A stretch of DNA of 64,000 bases from the human T2T-CHM13v2.0 reference genome, Homo sapiens. Under the pieces are notes generated by a model. It saw only the letters and a list, made by a program, of their open reading frames with translations, was not told the origin of the DNA and did not search any database. The translations under genes were made by a program, and so were the position numbers. How positions within the stretch are numbered: position 1 is the first letter of the stretch; each line of letters begins with the position of its first letter. The DNA lies in the NCBI RefSeq assembly GCF_009914755.1, contig NC_060934.1; one strand, written 5' to 3'. This document shows, piece by piece, positions 12,831 through 25,680 of the stretch.

Positions 12831-13379
12831 GTCCAACTTTCTTCTCACCGCGCGACTATCAGACACCTCCTGCGTGTGCTCCCTGACTCCATCAGCACAC
12901 ACCAGCCAGGCCAGAGCCTACTGAAATGGTTCTTAATCTTTTTTCTCTTTTAAATGTTATTTTATTCTGTCACGTTATCTGCATCTTGCTTCTTTGTAGG
13001 GGTGGAACAAGGGGAGAGTTAAAAGAATGCAACAGACACACAACTAAAAGAAACAGAGGGAACAGAGGGCCAGATCAGATAGCACTGCCTGCTGACAACA
13101 CCTCTTGGAGTCAGCCGGTGGCACCAGCACCTTCAGAACATGAAGTGTTTCTACAGAGGAGGCAACTGGTCTCCTGGGTGGAGCTTAATAGAGACTTCAG
13201 GTTTAAGATGATGGTGACATGGAAGTGTAGATCTGGTGCCTGGTGCTCAGTTAAAGATGAAACAGGACAGAAGCTTGGAGCATCTAGTATCAGTCTTGGG
13301 CTGTCTCACAAAAGATCTTCCCCTTATGATGAACAGGAGGATTCTGTAGCCTTCGGGGATAGCCTGGAGGGACAGGAGG

Positions 13380-13500
13380 AGGCAGTGACCACACCCATAT
13401 TCCAGTCTGGCTCTGCTGCACCCTTGCTGTGTCTTTGGCTTCTCTGGGCCTCAGTTTTTTCATCTGTAAAATGAGGGACTGGACGAAATGACCTTATGTT
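13380..13500 (+). mobile_element. MIR core
   Basis: tctctgggcctcagttttttcatctgtaaaatgaggg. Confidence 0.7.
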
Positions 13501-14019
13501 CTACTCAAAAATGCAACAATCATAATCTTATTCTTAACATATCATTAAGACATAAAATTAAGAGTTTATGTATTCCCTGCAAGTTTGAGTTGTCTTGAAT
13601 CCACAGCATCAGAGCTCACCACTGCCCTCTTGGTTCTGGCTTTGGCCTTAGCTCTCAAATGAAATGCAATTCTTGGATTCAAATGCTATCAGTAGGTCAA
13701 GTTTTTTGTTTGTTTGTTTTTTTCTAGTGTGTTTGTCAAAGGGAAAGGGAAGGAGCTGCTGCTGTTTGTGATGTTCCTATATCACGTCATGTCCTGTGCA
13801 GGCCCAGGGTCGCTGACCACCCTTCTGGTCCTTGTTTTCCTTTATTTCTGTTGTGCTATACCACCAGCCCACTGACAGTATTTCTGTTGCTCCATCCCAC
13901 CAATCCCACTAAATGACAAAAGCTAACAAAGTGCATTTTGTGGAGGTGGGTGTATCCTCTAGAAAATTCTAGTAGTGTAATGGCCAAGGGAATTTGTTGC
14001 CAAATTTCCTTCTAAAGGG

Positions 14020-14495
14020 GTTGATTTTGCTACTTAACAAACCATGCTAAAACTCAGTGGCTTAAAAGAAAAATCATTTATTCTCCTGGGCCTTCAGGTT
14101 GGCTGGAGATCTGATCATGGCTGGGCTCATTTGTGTGTCTGGGAATCTGCCAGGGATCAGACCATCTAGGCTGGGCTCAGCAGGGTTGGTTCATCTCTCC
14201 TCCATGTGCCTCTCATCCTCCCGGGGTCACTGGGCTAACCTGGGTATGTTCTTATGGTCATGGCAGAGGCCCAAACGGGAAAGCCCAACTGCATAAGCAC
14301 TTTACAAATGTTTGGCTACATCATATCCACTCACTCTGTCAGCCACAGCAAGTCACATGGTCACCCCAAAGGCAAGGACAGGGAGGTATCCTCTGCCTCT
14401 TTAGTGGGGGAAACTGCAAAGTCATGTGGCAAAGGGTGTGGACACAGGGAGGAACTAAGAAGCAGGGTCCTTAATGCACTTTGTATTTTTACAAA
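14020..14495 (-). mobile_element. MLT1 (G/H-like) MaLR LTR
   Basis: aacaaaccatgctaaaactcagtggcttaaaa...caagtcacatggtcacccc...ctgcaaagtcatgtggcaaagggtgtggacacaggg. Confidence 0.75.
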
Positions 14496-14519
14496 TCACA
14501 TGTGCATACTGATACTATC

Positions 14520-15300
14520 TCTCTTTCATATTTGTACTTTCCTTCTCCCAGTGACAACTGTGCTTCTCATCTACATCAATCTAGTTGCTCATCCTCGAGG
14601 TACCCAAAATAGTGTCAGAATTACTATCCCAAGAGCACTACCACCAACAAACTCACTAAGTTAAAGTGCAAGATTTTTTTGTAGCTATTCTTATCCTTTG
14701 GATACATCCCACTAAGTGTGTAGAGTCAGATCACTGAGTTCAAAAATTACTTGAACTAATTCTTTTTTCTGAATGGTTTTAAGTTTGATATGCATATAGA
14801 ATCATTTGTTTCTGTTTGTATTAGATTTTAGGGTTTGCTTTTGTTTATCCTTTTTTACTTAGTATTTTTTAAATATGTAAAACATGCCATGGTTCAAAAG
14901 ACAAAACCATGTAAAAAGGTATACTCAGAGAAATCTCACCCCTAAACCTCCTCTCTCCATGCCATTCCTACTTACTCCCTATAGGTAGACATTTTTATTA
15001 GATTTTGGTTTATCATTCTGTGTGTCTTTTTATGAAAATGAGCACGTGTGTGTGTATAATATGTATATATGTGTATACATATGTGTGTTTATTAACTCTA
15101 TTGAGTGGATATGCATTAGTGTATTCAAACACTCCCAGGGGTGCACATTTGGTGGAGGCCAGTGTATCGTTAGGAAAAATTCTAGCAGTGCAATGGCTGG
15201 GCCAAGGGAATTTGTTGCCAAATTTCCCTCTAAAGGCATTGTGCTATTTTGTACTTGTGCAATCAGCATATGAGAGTTAACACAAGCCCTGTCTTCATGA
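14520..15300 (-). mobile_element. Old L1M (L1ME-like) fragments
   Basis: T-rich antisense L1-like text ending ...ttgccaaatttccctctaaagg...caatcagcatatgagagt. Confidence 0.55.
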
Positions 15301-15585
15301 GGATATTGAGGGAAAAGAAATGAAAGTTTGGGGAATTGTCCAGAGACTTGAGCTTTTGTGACAGGGAACTTCCAGTTTCCCAAATTAGTCATTGTGCAGC
15401 ACAGGTGTGATTGGTTAGAATTTTCTCTGTGATCATCTCAGAACATCTGTTTTGCCAAAAGCGTTATTCCCTTTTTCTGTTCATTTTCTAGGGCTGCTTT
15501 AACAGACGATCACAAACTTGGTGGCTTTAAACAACAGAAATTTATTTTCTCACAGTTCTGGGGGCCAGATATCTGAGATCAATAT

Positions 15586-17890
15586 TGATATGGTTTGGCT
15601 CTGTGTCCCCACCCAAATCTCATCTTGTAGCTCCCATAATCCCCGCATGCTGTGGGAGGGACTCGGTGGGAGATGGTTGAATCAATGGGGTGGGTCTTTC
15701 CCATGTTGTTCTCATAATGGTGAGTCTGTCTCATGAAATCTGATGGTTTTAAATGGGAGTCTCCCTGCACAAGCTCTCTTTGCCTACTGCCATTCATGTA
15801 AAACATGACTTGCTCCTCCTTGCCTTGCGCCATGATTGTGAGGCCTCCCCAGCCACATGGAATTGTAAGTCCATTAAACTGCTTTCCTGTATAAATGACC
15901 CAGTCTCAGATATGTCTTTATCAGCAGTGTGAAAATGGACTAATACAGTGAATTGGTACCAGTAGAGTGGGGTGCTGCTGAAAAGATACCTGAAAATGTG
16001 GAAGTGACTTTGGCACTGGGTAACAGGCAGAGGTTGGAACAGTTTGGAGGGCTCAGAAGAAGACAGGAAAATGTGGGAAAGTTTGGAACTCCCTAGAGAC
16101 TTGTTGAATGGCTTTGACCAAAATGCTGATAGCAATATGGACAATGAAACCCAGGCTAAGGTGGTCTCAGATGGAGATGAGGAACTTGTTGGGAATTGGA
16201 GCAAAGGTGACTCTTGTTATGTTTTAGCAAAGAGACTGGCAGCATTTTGCCCCTGCCCTAGAGATTTGTGGAACTTTGAACTTTAGAGAGATAATTTAGG
16301 GTATCTGGCAGAAGAGATTTCTAAGCAGCAAAGCATTCAAGAAGTGACTTGGGCATTGTTAAAGGCATTCAGTTTTATAAGGGAAGCAGAGCATAAAAAT
16401 TTGGAAAATTTGCAGTCTGACAACGTGATAGAAAAGAAAATCCCATTTTCTGAGGAGAAATTCAAACTTGCTGCAGAAATTTGCATAAGTAACAAAAAGT
16501 GGAATGTTAATCCCCAAGAGAATGGGGAAAACGTCTCCAGGGCATGTCAGAGACCTTTGTGGCAGCCCCTCCCATCACAGGCCCAGAGGTTTAGTAGGAA
16601 AAAATGGTTTCAGGGGCCTGGCCCAGGGTCCCTCTGCTGTGTGCAGTCTAGGGACTTGCTGCCCTGTATCCCAGCCACTCCAGCCATGACTAAAAGGGGC
16701 CAAGGTATAGCTTAGGCTGTTGGTTCAGAGGGTGAAAGCACCAAGCCTTGGCAGCTTCCACATGATGTTGAGCCTGTGGGTTCACAGGAGTCAAGAACTG
16801 AAGTTTGGGAACCTTCGCCTAGATTTCAGAGGAAGTATGGAAATGCATGGATGCCCAGGCAAAAGTTTGCTGCAGGGGCAGGGCCCTCATGGAGAACCTC
16901 GGCTAGGGCAATGTGGAAGGGAAATGTGGGGTTGGAGGCCCCACACAGAGTCCCCACTGGGGCACCACCTAGTGGAGCTATGAGAAGAGGGTCATCGCCA
17001 TCCTCCAGACCTCAGAATGGTAGATCCACTGACAGTTTGCACCATGTGCCTGGAAAAGCCACAGACACTCAATGCCATAAAAGCAGTGAGGAGGGTCCTA
17101 TACCCTGCAAAGCCACAGGGGTGGAGCTGCCCAAGACCATGGGAACTCACCTCTTGCATCAGTGTGACCTGTATGTGAGACATGTTGTCAAAGGAGATCA
17201 TTATGGAGCTTTAAGATTTGACTGCCCCACTGGATTTTGGACTTGCTTGGGGCCTGTAACTCCTTTGTTTTGGCCAATTTCTCCCATTTGGAACAGCTGT
17301 ATTTACCCATGACTGTACTCCCATTGTATCTAGGAAGTAACTAACTTGCTTTTGATTTTACAGGCTGATAGGCAGAAGAGACTTGCCTTGTCTCAGATGA
17401 GACTTTGGATTGTGGACTTTTGAGTTAATGCTGAGATGAATTAAAACTTTAGGAGACTACTGGGAAGGCATAATTGGTTTTGAAATGTGAAGACATGAGA
17501 TTAGGGGGTGGGCAGGGGCGGAAAGATTTGGTTTGGCTCTGTGTCCCCTCCTACATCTCATCCTGTAGCTCCCATAATTCCCACATGTTGTGGAAGGGAC
17601 TCGGTAGGAGATGGTTGAATCATGGGGGCAGGTCGTTCCCCTGCTGTTCTCATGATAGTGAGTGAGTCTGATGAGATCTCATGGTTTTTAAAACAGGGGT
17701 CTCCTCTCTGCACAAGCTCTCTTTGCCTGCTGCCATCCATGTAAGATGTGACTTGCTCCTTCTTGCCTTGCGCCATGATTGTGAGGCCTCCCCAGCCAAG
17801 TGTAACTGTAAGTCCACTAAACCTCTTTCCTGAATAAATTACCCAGTCTCAGGTATGCCTTTATTAGCAGTGCGAAAATGGACTAATACA
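15586..17890 (+). mobile_element. Full-length THE1 (MaLR) element: 5' LTR 15586-15947, internal 15948-17523, 3' LTR 17524-17890
   Basis: Two similar LTRs (TGATATGGTTTGG...GACTAATACA; first bases of the 3' LTR mutated), THE1-int start gtgaattggtaccagtagagtgggg, purine-rich tract just before the 3' LTR, TSD aatat/tatat. Confidence 0.96.
16071..17312 (+). pseudogene. Disrupted THE1/MaLR internal ORF
   Basis: ORFs 16044-16286, 16344-16715 and 16776-17312 share one frame and are separated only by TAG codons at 16284 and 16713; MWESLELPRDLLNGFDQNAD... is typical THE1-int translation. Confidence 0.85.
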
Positions 17891-18289
17891 TATATCACTG
17901 GGCTGGAATCAAGGTACCTGCAGAGCTGTGCTTTCTCTGGAGGTTCCAAGCAAGAAGTCATTCCTTACCTCCTCCAGCTGGGGTGGCTGCTGGTAGTCCT
18001 TGGCTTGTGGCCATGTCACCCCAGGCTCTGCCTCTGTGGTCACACCTCCTTCTCCTCTGTGTCTGTGTATAAAATCTTCCTCTGACCCCTCAGATGAGGA
18101 TGCATGTGCTTGAGTTTAAGGACCATCCAAATAATCCAAGATAATGTCTGTCTCAAGATCCTTAATTTAGTCACATCATATCTGTAAGGGTTCATCCTTT
18201 TTAATGCCATATAAGGTAACAGTCTCAAGTTTCAAGAATGAGGATGTAGATATATTTCGGTGGGGGCATTATTAGCCTAACACAATCAC

Positions 18290-18730
18290 TTTTAATTTCT
18301 AAAGTGCTTCTGTGCACATTTTCTCATGTCATTCTCAACATTTTCATGAGAAGGATAAATCCTGTCTCACTGTACCGACTCCACAGGTGGGGGACAGTGA
18401 CTTAGAGAGCTGAGGGCATCCAGTTGCAGGTCTAGAAGAACTTCTGGGGCCAGTCTGTTCCCAAGAGGATGACTCCAGAGAGAATCGCCCCATTTCTGAA
18501 ACCAGCATGGTCCCAGATGTTGGCCTGGACCCTGCCACTAAATAGCTTTGTGCTAACTGATATCTGCTAACTATGTGGGGAGGCTGAAAAAGCATGTTCT
18601 TTGTAGTCAGACAAAGCTGCGTTTGACTGTACTCAGTGAACTTGGGGGTTACTCACTTTCCTTGAGCCTTAATTTCCTCATCTGTAAAATGGGAATCATA
18701 GGAGAGGTGGGATAACATTTGCCAAACATG
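18290..18730. mobile_element. Two MIR fragments (minus ~18290-18480; plus ~18590-18730)
   Basis: ctaaagtgcttctgtgcacattttctcatg...; ccttgagccttaatttcctcatctgtaaaatgggaatc. Confidence 0.6.
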
Positions 18731-21461
18731 AATCCACCCTTAGACTTGAGATGCAAAGAAACGTTTTCTTTCTTTATGTTTCCACATGAAATCCCACCTG
18801 GTTTCAACTTGACCACTTGGCAAGAATCCCCCAGCGGTCACCCAGGGCCACTCTTCTCTTCCCGGGGACTTTGTTGAGATTCAGGGGGTAAGCAACTCAA
18901 GAATGGGCAGGTGAGGCCTTGGGAGGTGAGGCCTCAGGCAGATCAGGCCAGGGCCATTCACTCACCACCGGTAACTCCTGGCCCAGGTTCTCCCAGCCCA
19001 CTGGAAGGTTTCTCAGAGGTTGTGATCCCGAGCAAGGCCACAAGGGGCTCCTGGCACTGTCTCCACAGGGGTCCTCCCAGGTAGGTGAGGTCCCAGTGCC
19101 CACCACTCACAGGACCCTCAAAAGTGCATCCTGTTCCAGTCCAGGTAGGCCCCCCATCCCCAGCCTATCTTTGAAACCGAGAGCCTGACCCTCCCCTGCC
19201 CTCAGGGATGACCTAGAGAAATACCCTCAGGTTATTCAAAAACAGGTTCTGTTTAGGGAGGTCTCTTGGAGGTCCTGACAAGTTCTCTTCTTTCCAGAGA
19301 TTAAAACCCCCAAAACCTGTGTCTGTACCCCCTGAACCCCACAGGGAGTGAGGAAATCTCAGACAGGAAGAGTCTGGTCCCGCTGGGGGTGAGGTGGGTG
19401 TAAGGAAGAAAATTCCTTTTATTCCCTAGAGCATATAACAAAGAAAAAAAAGAACAAGAAACAATTCACTTTCTAGTGCACACCCTGGGACGCAGCAGAT
19501 CTGGGCTGCAGGTGACTTCCCTGTCACGGCACCCCACCCCCTGCATTTTCCCTGGCTACCGTCCAACCAGAACCCGGAAGAGCATGAAGGCCCACAGCCA
19601 GTCAGTGACAGTAATGGTGATGGGGAAGGGGCTGCCTCTGTAGTTCATCCCCTGGCTGGGACTTCGTAGAAGGGAAGGTGGTGGCATTGGAAGGCGGATC
19701 CACTAGGGAACAGTGGGCTCAGCTGTGGAAGACAAAATGGAAGGACTGAGCGGCCCGGGACCCAGGCCTTTGGGCCAGCGGGTCAGGGAGCCCTCTCTTA
19801 GGCTTTGTTGGGAGGAGACAACGGTTAAGTGCTGACCCCTGGAAAGGGAGGCCCCTGGGAGAATGGGAGCTCTCTGGGAAGGGGGTGTCAGAAAGTAAAC
19901 CTGAGAACAGCTAGGGCTGGAGGGTATGTTTTCATCTTCTAGGAAGTTGCAGAGAACGTTGGTCAAGCTGCGAGGGTGGGTGAGTTCTTAGAGGAGTGTT
20001 TGCAGCTGTGGGAAGAGTCTGCCTTTGGGAAGCTGGCGGCGCCTGCACAATCTCTTTAGTGCAACTCAGCCTCACTCACAGGCTGGCTGAGAGGAGTGTG
20101 TGGCTCTACGCCTCTGGTTGTTCTGGAACAGTCTGAGTTGGGGGAAGAGGGTGAGAGTTACTTTTTCAGCGGAGGCAAGTGCTGTCCACACTCTCTCTAG
20201 TTTTCTATCCAGACCACGTGGAAGAGAATAAATGTGGGACCATTGGGGAGTCTCCGTGGTTCTTTTTGGGTCCCAAGCCCTGATTGCTTCTCATGCTATC
20301 GCTGTGGCCCCAGCAGTCCTCGTAAGGAGCCAAGGTTCGGGGGGAGGTGCTTGATCTGTCACGCAGGGAGGAAGGAACAGCTGAGATGCAAGCCAGGTAT
20401 GAGTGCTCCCCAGGGGTCCCCCCATATCTTAGCCAGCACGTGGTGGCCAGATGTACCCAAGACAGTTGTCTGGCAGCACCACGGGACTGGATATCCACTT
20501 AAACCTGAGGAGCCTGGACTTGTCTTCCCACCTGGGTAGGGTGTGGTATTCTGCGATGTTATCCATGCTTCTTTCTCTGGCATTTCCTCCTCTCCTTCTT
20601 CCATCTTCTAGTATAGGCAGCAGAAGAGCAAAAATACAAATAATCTGCTTTTGACTTCCAGCAGCTTAGGTCTTAGCACAGGAAAATATTTGAAAGAATG
20701 CAAATCAGTCAAAGCCAGTTCTTATTGCCCTGTGGCTAGATAACTTTTGGAGGGGATTGAAAGAAGAAGTGAGAGAAGAAGAGAGAGCCTTGGTGCTTGT
20801 GGGAAGGGAAGGAGAAGCAGACCCCTCTCTGGATCTGGGGACTGAGAGCAGAGGAGACACGCACCTCCAATTCCCCTGGGGAAGGCCTGGGAACTTGTGA
20901 AATCTCAGTACTGCCCTTGACTCATTACGGTGCAAGAGCTATAGGGCAGAAAGAGCCAGGTGTGGGTGTCTCAGTGCAGGGAAGTTGAGAGTCCCCAGAG
21001 AGGTACAGAAGCAGCCAGATGGCTCCTGGGTGTCGAAGAGGGGTTGGAGACAGTAGGAGTGGTGGTGGGGTGGAGAGGGAGAGAGACCATTTGGTTAAGC
21101 TGGGAGGCAGGAGCGAGGTAGGAGTCTCCATGGATCATCAGGACTGGCTCAGGAACTGAGACCAGCAGGGAATGAGAACATGTTTGTGGCCATGCAGTGA
21201 GATGACAACAAGGACCAGACCCCGCTGCCTGACATCTTAGCCACACGTAAGCCCCAAGTACAGCCCCAGGGCTGGCTGACAGCACTGAGTTAGTTGAAAA
21301 TGAGTTTTAGAGAAAGGGGGCCTCAATAGAAATTCAGTTCACTTTCATTGAGCAGAAGTTACATTTCTTGCTTTTCTGGTTTCCTAATGACTAGATTTTT
21401 CTAGCCCAATTTTTCCAGCAGAGAATTAATTCACCTTTGAAGCCACCTGCTTCTGGTCACT

Positions 21462-22140
21462 TAATTGTAGAGGAACAGACAGAGATCACACACACTCATA
21501 CACACTGACACACACCCATTACTGTAGAGGAACAGAGTCACACACACTCATACACACTCACACACACCCCAGTTATTGTAGAGGAACAGCGATCACACAC
21601 ACTCATACACACTCACATACACACCCCCATTATTGTAGAGGAACAGAGATCTCTCTCTCTCACACACACGTTATTGTAGAAGAGCAGAGATCACACACAC
21701 TCATATACACTCACACACACCCCCATTATTATAGAGGAACAGAGATCACACACCCTCACACACACACCCCCATTATTGCAGAGGAACAGAAATCACACAC
21801 ATACACTCACACATACACCGCCATTATTGCAGAGGAACAGAGATCACACACACTCAGACACACTTACATACACACCCCCATTATTGTAGAGGAACAGACA
21901 GAGATCACACTCACACACACACACCCATTATTGTAGAGGAAAAGCGATCACACACACTCATACATACAAACCCTCATTATTGCGAGGAACAGAGATCACA
22001 CACACTCATACACACTCACACATACAGACACCCATTATTGTAGAGGAACAAAAATCACACACACTCATACACACACACACACATTATGGCAGAGGAACAG
22101 AGATCACACACGCTTATACACACTCACACACACGCTCCCA
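21462..22140. repeat. Composite minisatellite, 13 units of ~40-60 bp
   Basis: Conserved core CATTATTGTAGAGGAACAGAGATCACAC recurs 13 times, separated by variable-length CA-rich tracts. Confidence 0.95.
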
Positions 22141-22399
22141 TTGTTTCTGCAGAAAGAGTTGTGCAGACTTGCTTTCAGTATTTCAAAAACTGTGAACAAT
22201 GCTATCATTTGACAATAAAAGCACAAAAAGAGAGACATTTAAAAATTATTTCCCCCTCTGCAATTACTACCCCAGGCCTTTCCATGGGTTTAGAGATGAG
22301 GGGAGCAGAGAATGATGCCCACCTCCACCCCCTCTTCTCATCCAGTGTGGCTCTGAAATATCTCTTAATAAGAAGAAAGGTAAAATATTACATAATGTA

Positions 22400-23070
22400 T
22401 TTGTTTATTTGACAAATATTTGGTAAGAACATAGCAGACATTTACTGTGCATTTACTGTGGCCGTGCAACCCTTTACAAAAAGTTGGCTTCCTGTAATCC
22501 TCCTGACAAGCCCTCAGGGTCTGTGATGGCTTTGTTTGGCCTGTTTCAGTCCTGTGCCAAGGGCTAAGGATTCTAGAAAGAACACCACCCAACCTGCACC
22601 CTGCGGAAGCTCATAGTTCAAGCAGCAGAGGTCAGTTCATCTCCCCACCCGTGCCAGAACGTGTGGGCTATGCAGACAGAGAAAGGAGCATCCAACTCTG
22701 ACAGGCAGGAAGGCTTCCTGGAAAAGGTGATGCCTGAATTGGGACTTAAAGGATAAACAAGAGTTTGTTGGGGGAAGGGCAGTTGGCAATATGATCATGT
22801 CAATTTTACCAAATGCACCAAGGCCCTCTAGCCATACAAATTCTCCAACATGCCATAGATTGGCTACCCGCAGTCTCTGTTCCCTTGTCCCTGTGTGGGG
22901 TGCTCTCTGCCATCACCTGATTAATGAGCTCCCCCTCATCCTTCAAGTCTCAGCTGAGTGGCTGCTTGGCTGTGCTGTTTCCTGGACAGAATGAATCACA
23001 TCCTCTCATACTTTCCCTGCCTCATCTGGGGAACGAGGTTGGATGAATGAATGATTGAATGAATGAATGC
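22400..23070. mobile_element. Cluster of L2 and MIR fragments
   Basis: ggaaggcttcctggaaaaggtgatgcctgaattggg (antisense L2); tgaatgaatgattgaatgaatgaatg L2 3' tail at ~23045-23070. Confidence 0.55.
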
Positions 23071-23780
23071 ACAATTATCTAACCTCCCCACCCCCAAAAA
23101 ATGAGGAGGAATTGGAATGATGTTGTTCTGCAGGGTCCCCTTAGATCATTATATTAATCCAAGTGTTTTTTAATTACTTGAGGAAAAGAGTACTTTGTGT
23201 TGCAAGTAATGCAGAAGACCAAATTACACAAAACAAACAAACAAAGCAATGCTGGGGCTCATTGTGAAAAAAAGAAATCACTGGCTGGGAGTGAGGAGAT
23301 CCACATTCTAGTTCACGTAACTCCCCTCTTCAAACTTGGTGAACCTGTGACACATGCATGACACAGAGAATGAAAGATACAAGACACAGCGTGGTGCTGC
23401 AGGCTGGACTGCAGGCTCAGGTGTGAGCGCCAGGACAGCTCCCCACGTGGAGAGGGCTGAGTCCTAGTGAGGCCCAGCTGCTGCACCCATCCGTGCCAAT
23501 GGCAACTTCCACTTGTGTGCCATGCTGGAGACTCAGGTTGGCATCCCCAGCCCCCAAAGATGCTACTGTCTCCACCTGGATGTCTCCCAGGCTCTTCAGA
23601 GTCACATTGTCCCAAACACCCATGGCTGCTTTCTCCAGCCCCCTTCAAGCCTATGCCTCCTCCCTGTCTCTGTTACTCCCACAGTCATGCACTCAGGTGT
23701 GCCGCCTGACATCTGGTCTTCATAGTCTCCTCCCCCTCCTCTGGGCACTGAGGAGGTTCTTGGAGGTGGGGGATGCCCCA

Positions 23781-24126
23781 TGATATGGTTTGGCTGTGTC
23801 CCCACCCAAATCTCATCTTGAATTCCCACATGTTGCGGGAGGGACCCAGTGGGAGTTGGTTGAATCATGGGGGCAGGTCTTTCCCGTGCTATTCTCTTGA
23901 TAGGGAATAAGTCTCAGGAGATCTGATGGTTTTATAGCGGGGAGTTTCCCTGCACAAGCTCTCTCTCTGCCTGCTGCCATCCATGTAAGATGTGACTTGC
24001 TCCTCCTTGCCTTCCACCATGATTGTGAGGCCTCCTCAGCCACATGGAACTGTGAGTCCAGTAAACCGCTTTTTCTTCCCAGTCTTGGGTATGTCTTTAT
24101 CAGCAGAATGAAGATGAACTAATATA
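23781..24126 (+). mobile_element. THE1A-like solo LTR
   Basis: TGATATGGTTTGGCTGTGTCCCC...GAACTAATATA; perfect TSD CCCCA (23776-23780 / 24127-24131). Confidence 0.95.
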
Positions 24127-25539
24127 CCCCACTCCAAGGGAAGAAGGAACCCCCTTCTCCCTGCAGTCCCTGGAGCCTCAGCCTGGCCAGAGAAGGGTGA
24201 GGAGAAAGCTTTGAGTTGGGCATGAGATTGGAATTTTAAACTAGACACAATTTTAATAATGAAAATAACCTAAAAGTTTTAGAATCTGCCCAAGAGACCC
24301 TTCCAGGATATGCTGAGCCCCCAGGAAGGGACAGCTGGTGCTGCACCATTAGAGTGGCATTCAGGGAAGTAAAATGACTTGATATGCTCAGGCCACTCAG
24401 TGGAGGCTGGGTGTCCCGCTATTGCTGGTGGCTGAGAACTGCTGTCCTGCCTGGGTTGGCCTGGATGTTCTGGCTCCTGTCCACCTCTGGGACCACACAG
24501 ACCTCCTACTGGGCATCCTGATGGGGAAAACCAGGGCCATGGCTGAGACAATCAGGCTCTGATGGTCAAACTGAATGGCTGTGGACAGTCCACAGTGAGA
24601 TGGCAGGTGTCTGCCTGGCAGGCGTCCAGGTGAAGGAGCAGTGACCAGGTCCGCCTGCGTTTGGGTTGGGCTTCTGGATGTGTTGTCCACATATGCAGGT
24701 GGAACACGGGACTGTTATGTGGCTTCCCTGTCAGACACCTGAGCTGGCTGCCTGCATTTATCTGGTTCGACACCAGGTACTTTTCGACACCAGGTACTTC
24801 CCCCAAACACAAAGCTAGGCTGTTAATGACAGCATAAAGATGGCACAGGATGTGCATAATCCAACTGAGGCTATTACAAGAAAGAAAATTTGGTGAAAGA
24901 TGCCCAATGCATTGGGAAAGATGAAATGCCTCTTTCCATACATATGAGTTTTATCCAGCTAGAAATAGACTGTTTAAATAACTTTCTTAATTAAATAAAG
25001 AGGATATTTTAAAGTTAGATCTGGAAAACCCTCATACCTCCAGCGCATGGTTTCAATGAAATATCCCTTAACATGAAAATATAGACAGTTAGTTTTTTCT
25101 TCCAAAGTGAAATGCTGAGAGGCTTCCATTCCTGGTTTATTATGCTTTCTGTATCTCTGCTCATTTTTCACCAGTATTGCATTAAGTATTGATATTGATT
25201 TCTTGTAAATGGAACTGAAATAGATGGCCCACAGTTTTTGTTATTGTTCGGTGGCACTTGTATGTAATTTATTATGGCTGTAATGGAGGCTGCCCCTCGC
25301 TGCCACGGCTTAAATTAAATGTGCCACACTCTGGCCTCTGCTTGTCACCGGCATCTCTCATTTGATAGCAAAAATTATTATGTATAAAGTTTCTCTTTCC
25401 TTCTCACCCCTTCCATAAGAAACAATAACTGTGCCCTTTGTATTGTTTTGAAAGTTTGTGTTGATGACGTCCATCATTAGTGAAAAATATGAAAGTAGGA
25501 AGGGAGAGGACAATTTCCTCCTGGCAGCTGGGTTCTGTT

Positions 25540-25680
25540 TGGTTTCTGGGAGGCCTGGCAGACAGGAGACCTGGAGTCCTGGCCTGGTTTTACTTCAACT
25601 CAATGGAGTGACCTTGGGCTAGTCCCCTTCTCCTTCTGACTGTGGTTTTGTGAAGATGCATCCATGGCTCACGTATGTGC
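25540..25680 (+). mobile_element. MIR
   Basis: caggagacctggagtcctggcctgg...gtgaccttgggctagtcccctt. Confidence 0.6.

Larger units (their letters stand above)
15478..18284 (-). mobile_element. MLT1D LTR split by the THE1 insertion (pieces 15478-15585 and 17891-18284)
   Basis: ctagggctgctttaacag...aaacaacagaaatttattttctcacagttctgg before; cactgggctggaatcaagg...gggggcattattagcctaacaca after. Confidence 0.85.

Noticed and set aside
12926-13474. 182-aa ATG-initiated ORF
   Set aside because: No recognisable homology, ends in a MIR core (WASVFSSVK), and no promoter or splice support.
15670-15690. DUX4 site expected in THE1 LTRs
   Set aside because: The TAATTGAATCA-type site reads TGGTTGAATCA in both LTRs of the full element and in the solo LTR at 23781, so DUX4 activation is not supported.
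21462-22140. CRISPR-like repeat-spacer appearance
   Set aside because: Spacers are mutually related CA-rich tracts, repeats are non-palindromic and variable, no cas genes are present, and the DNA is primate. It is a minisatellite.
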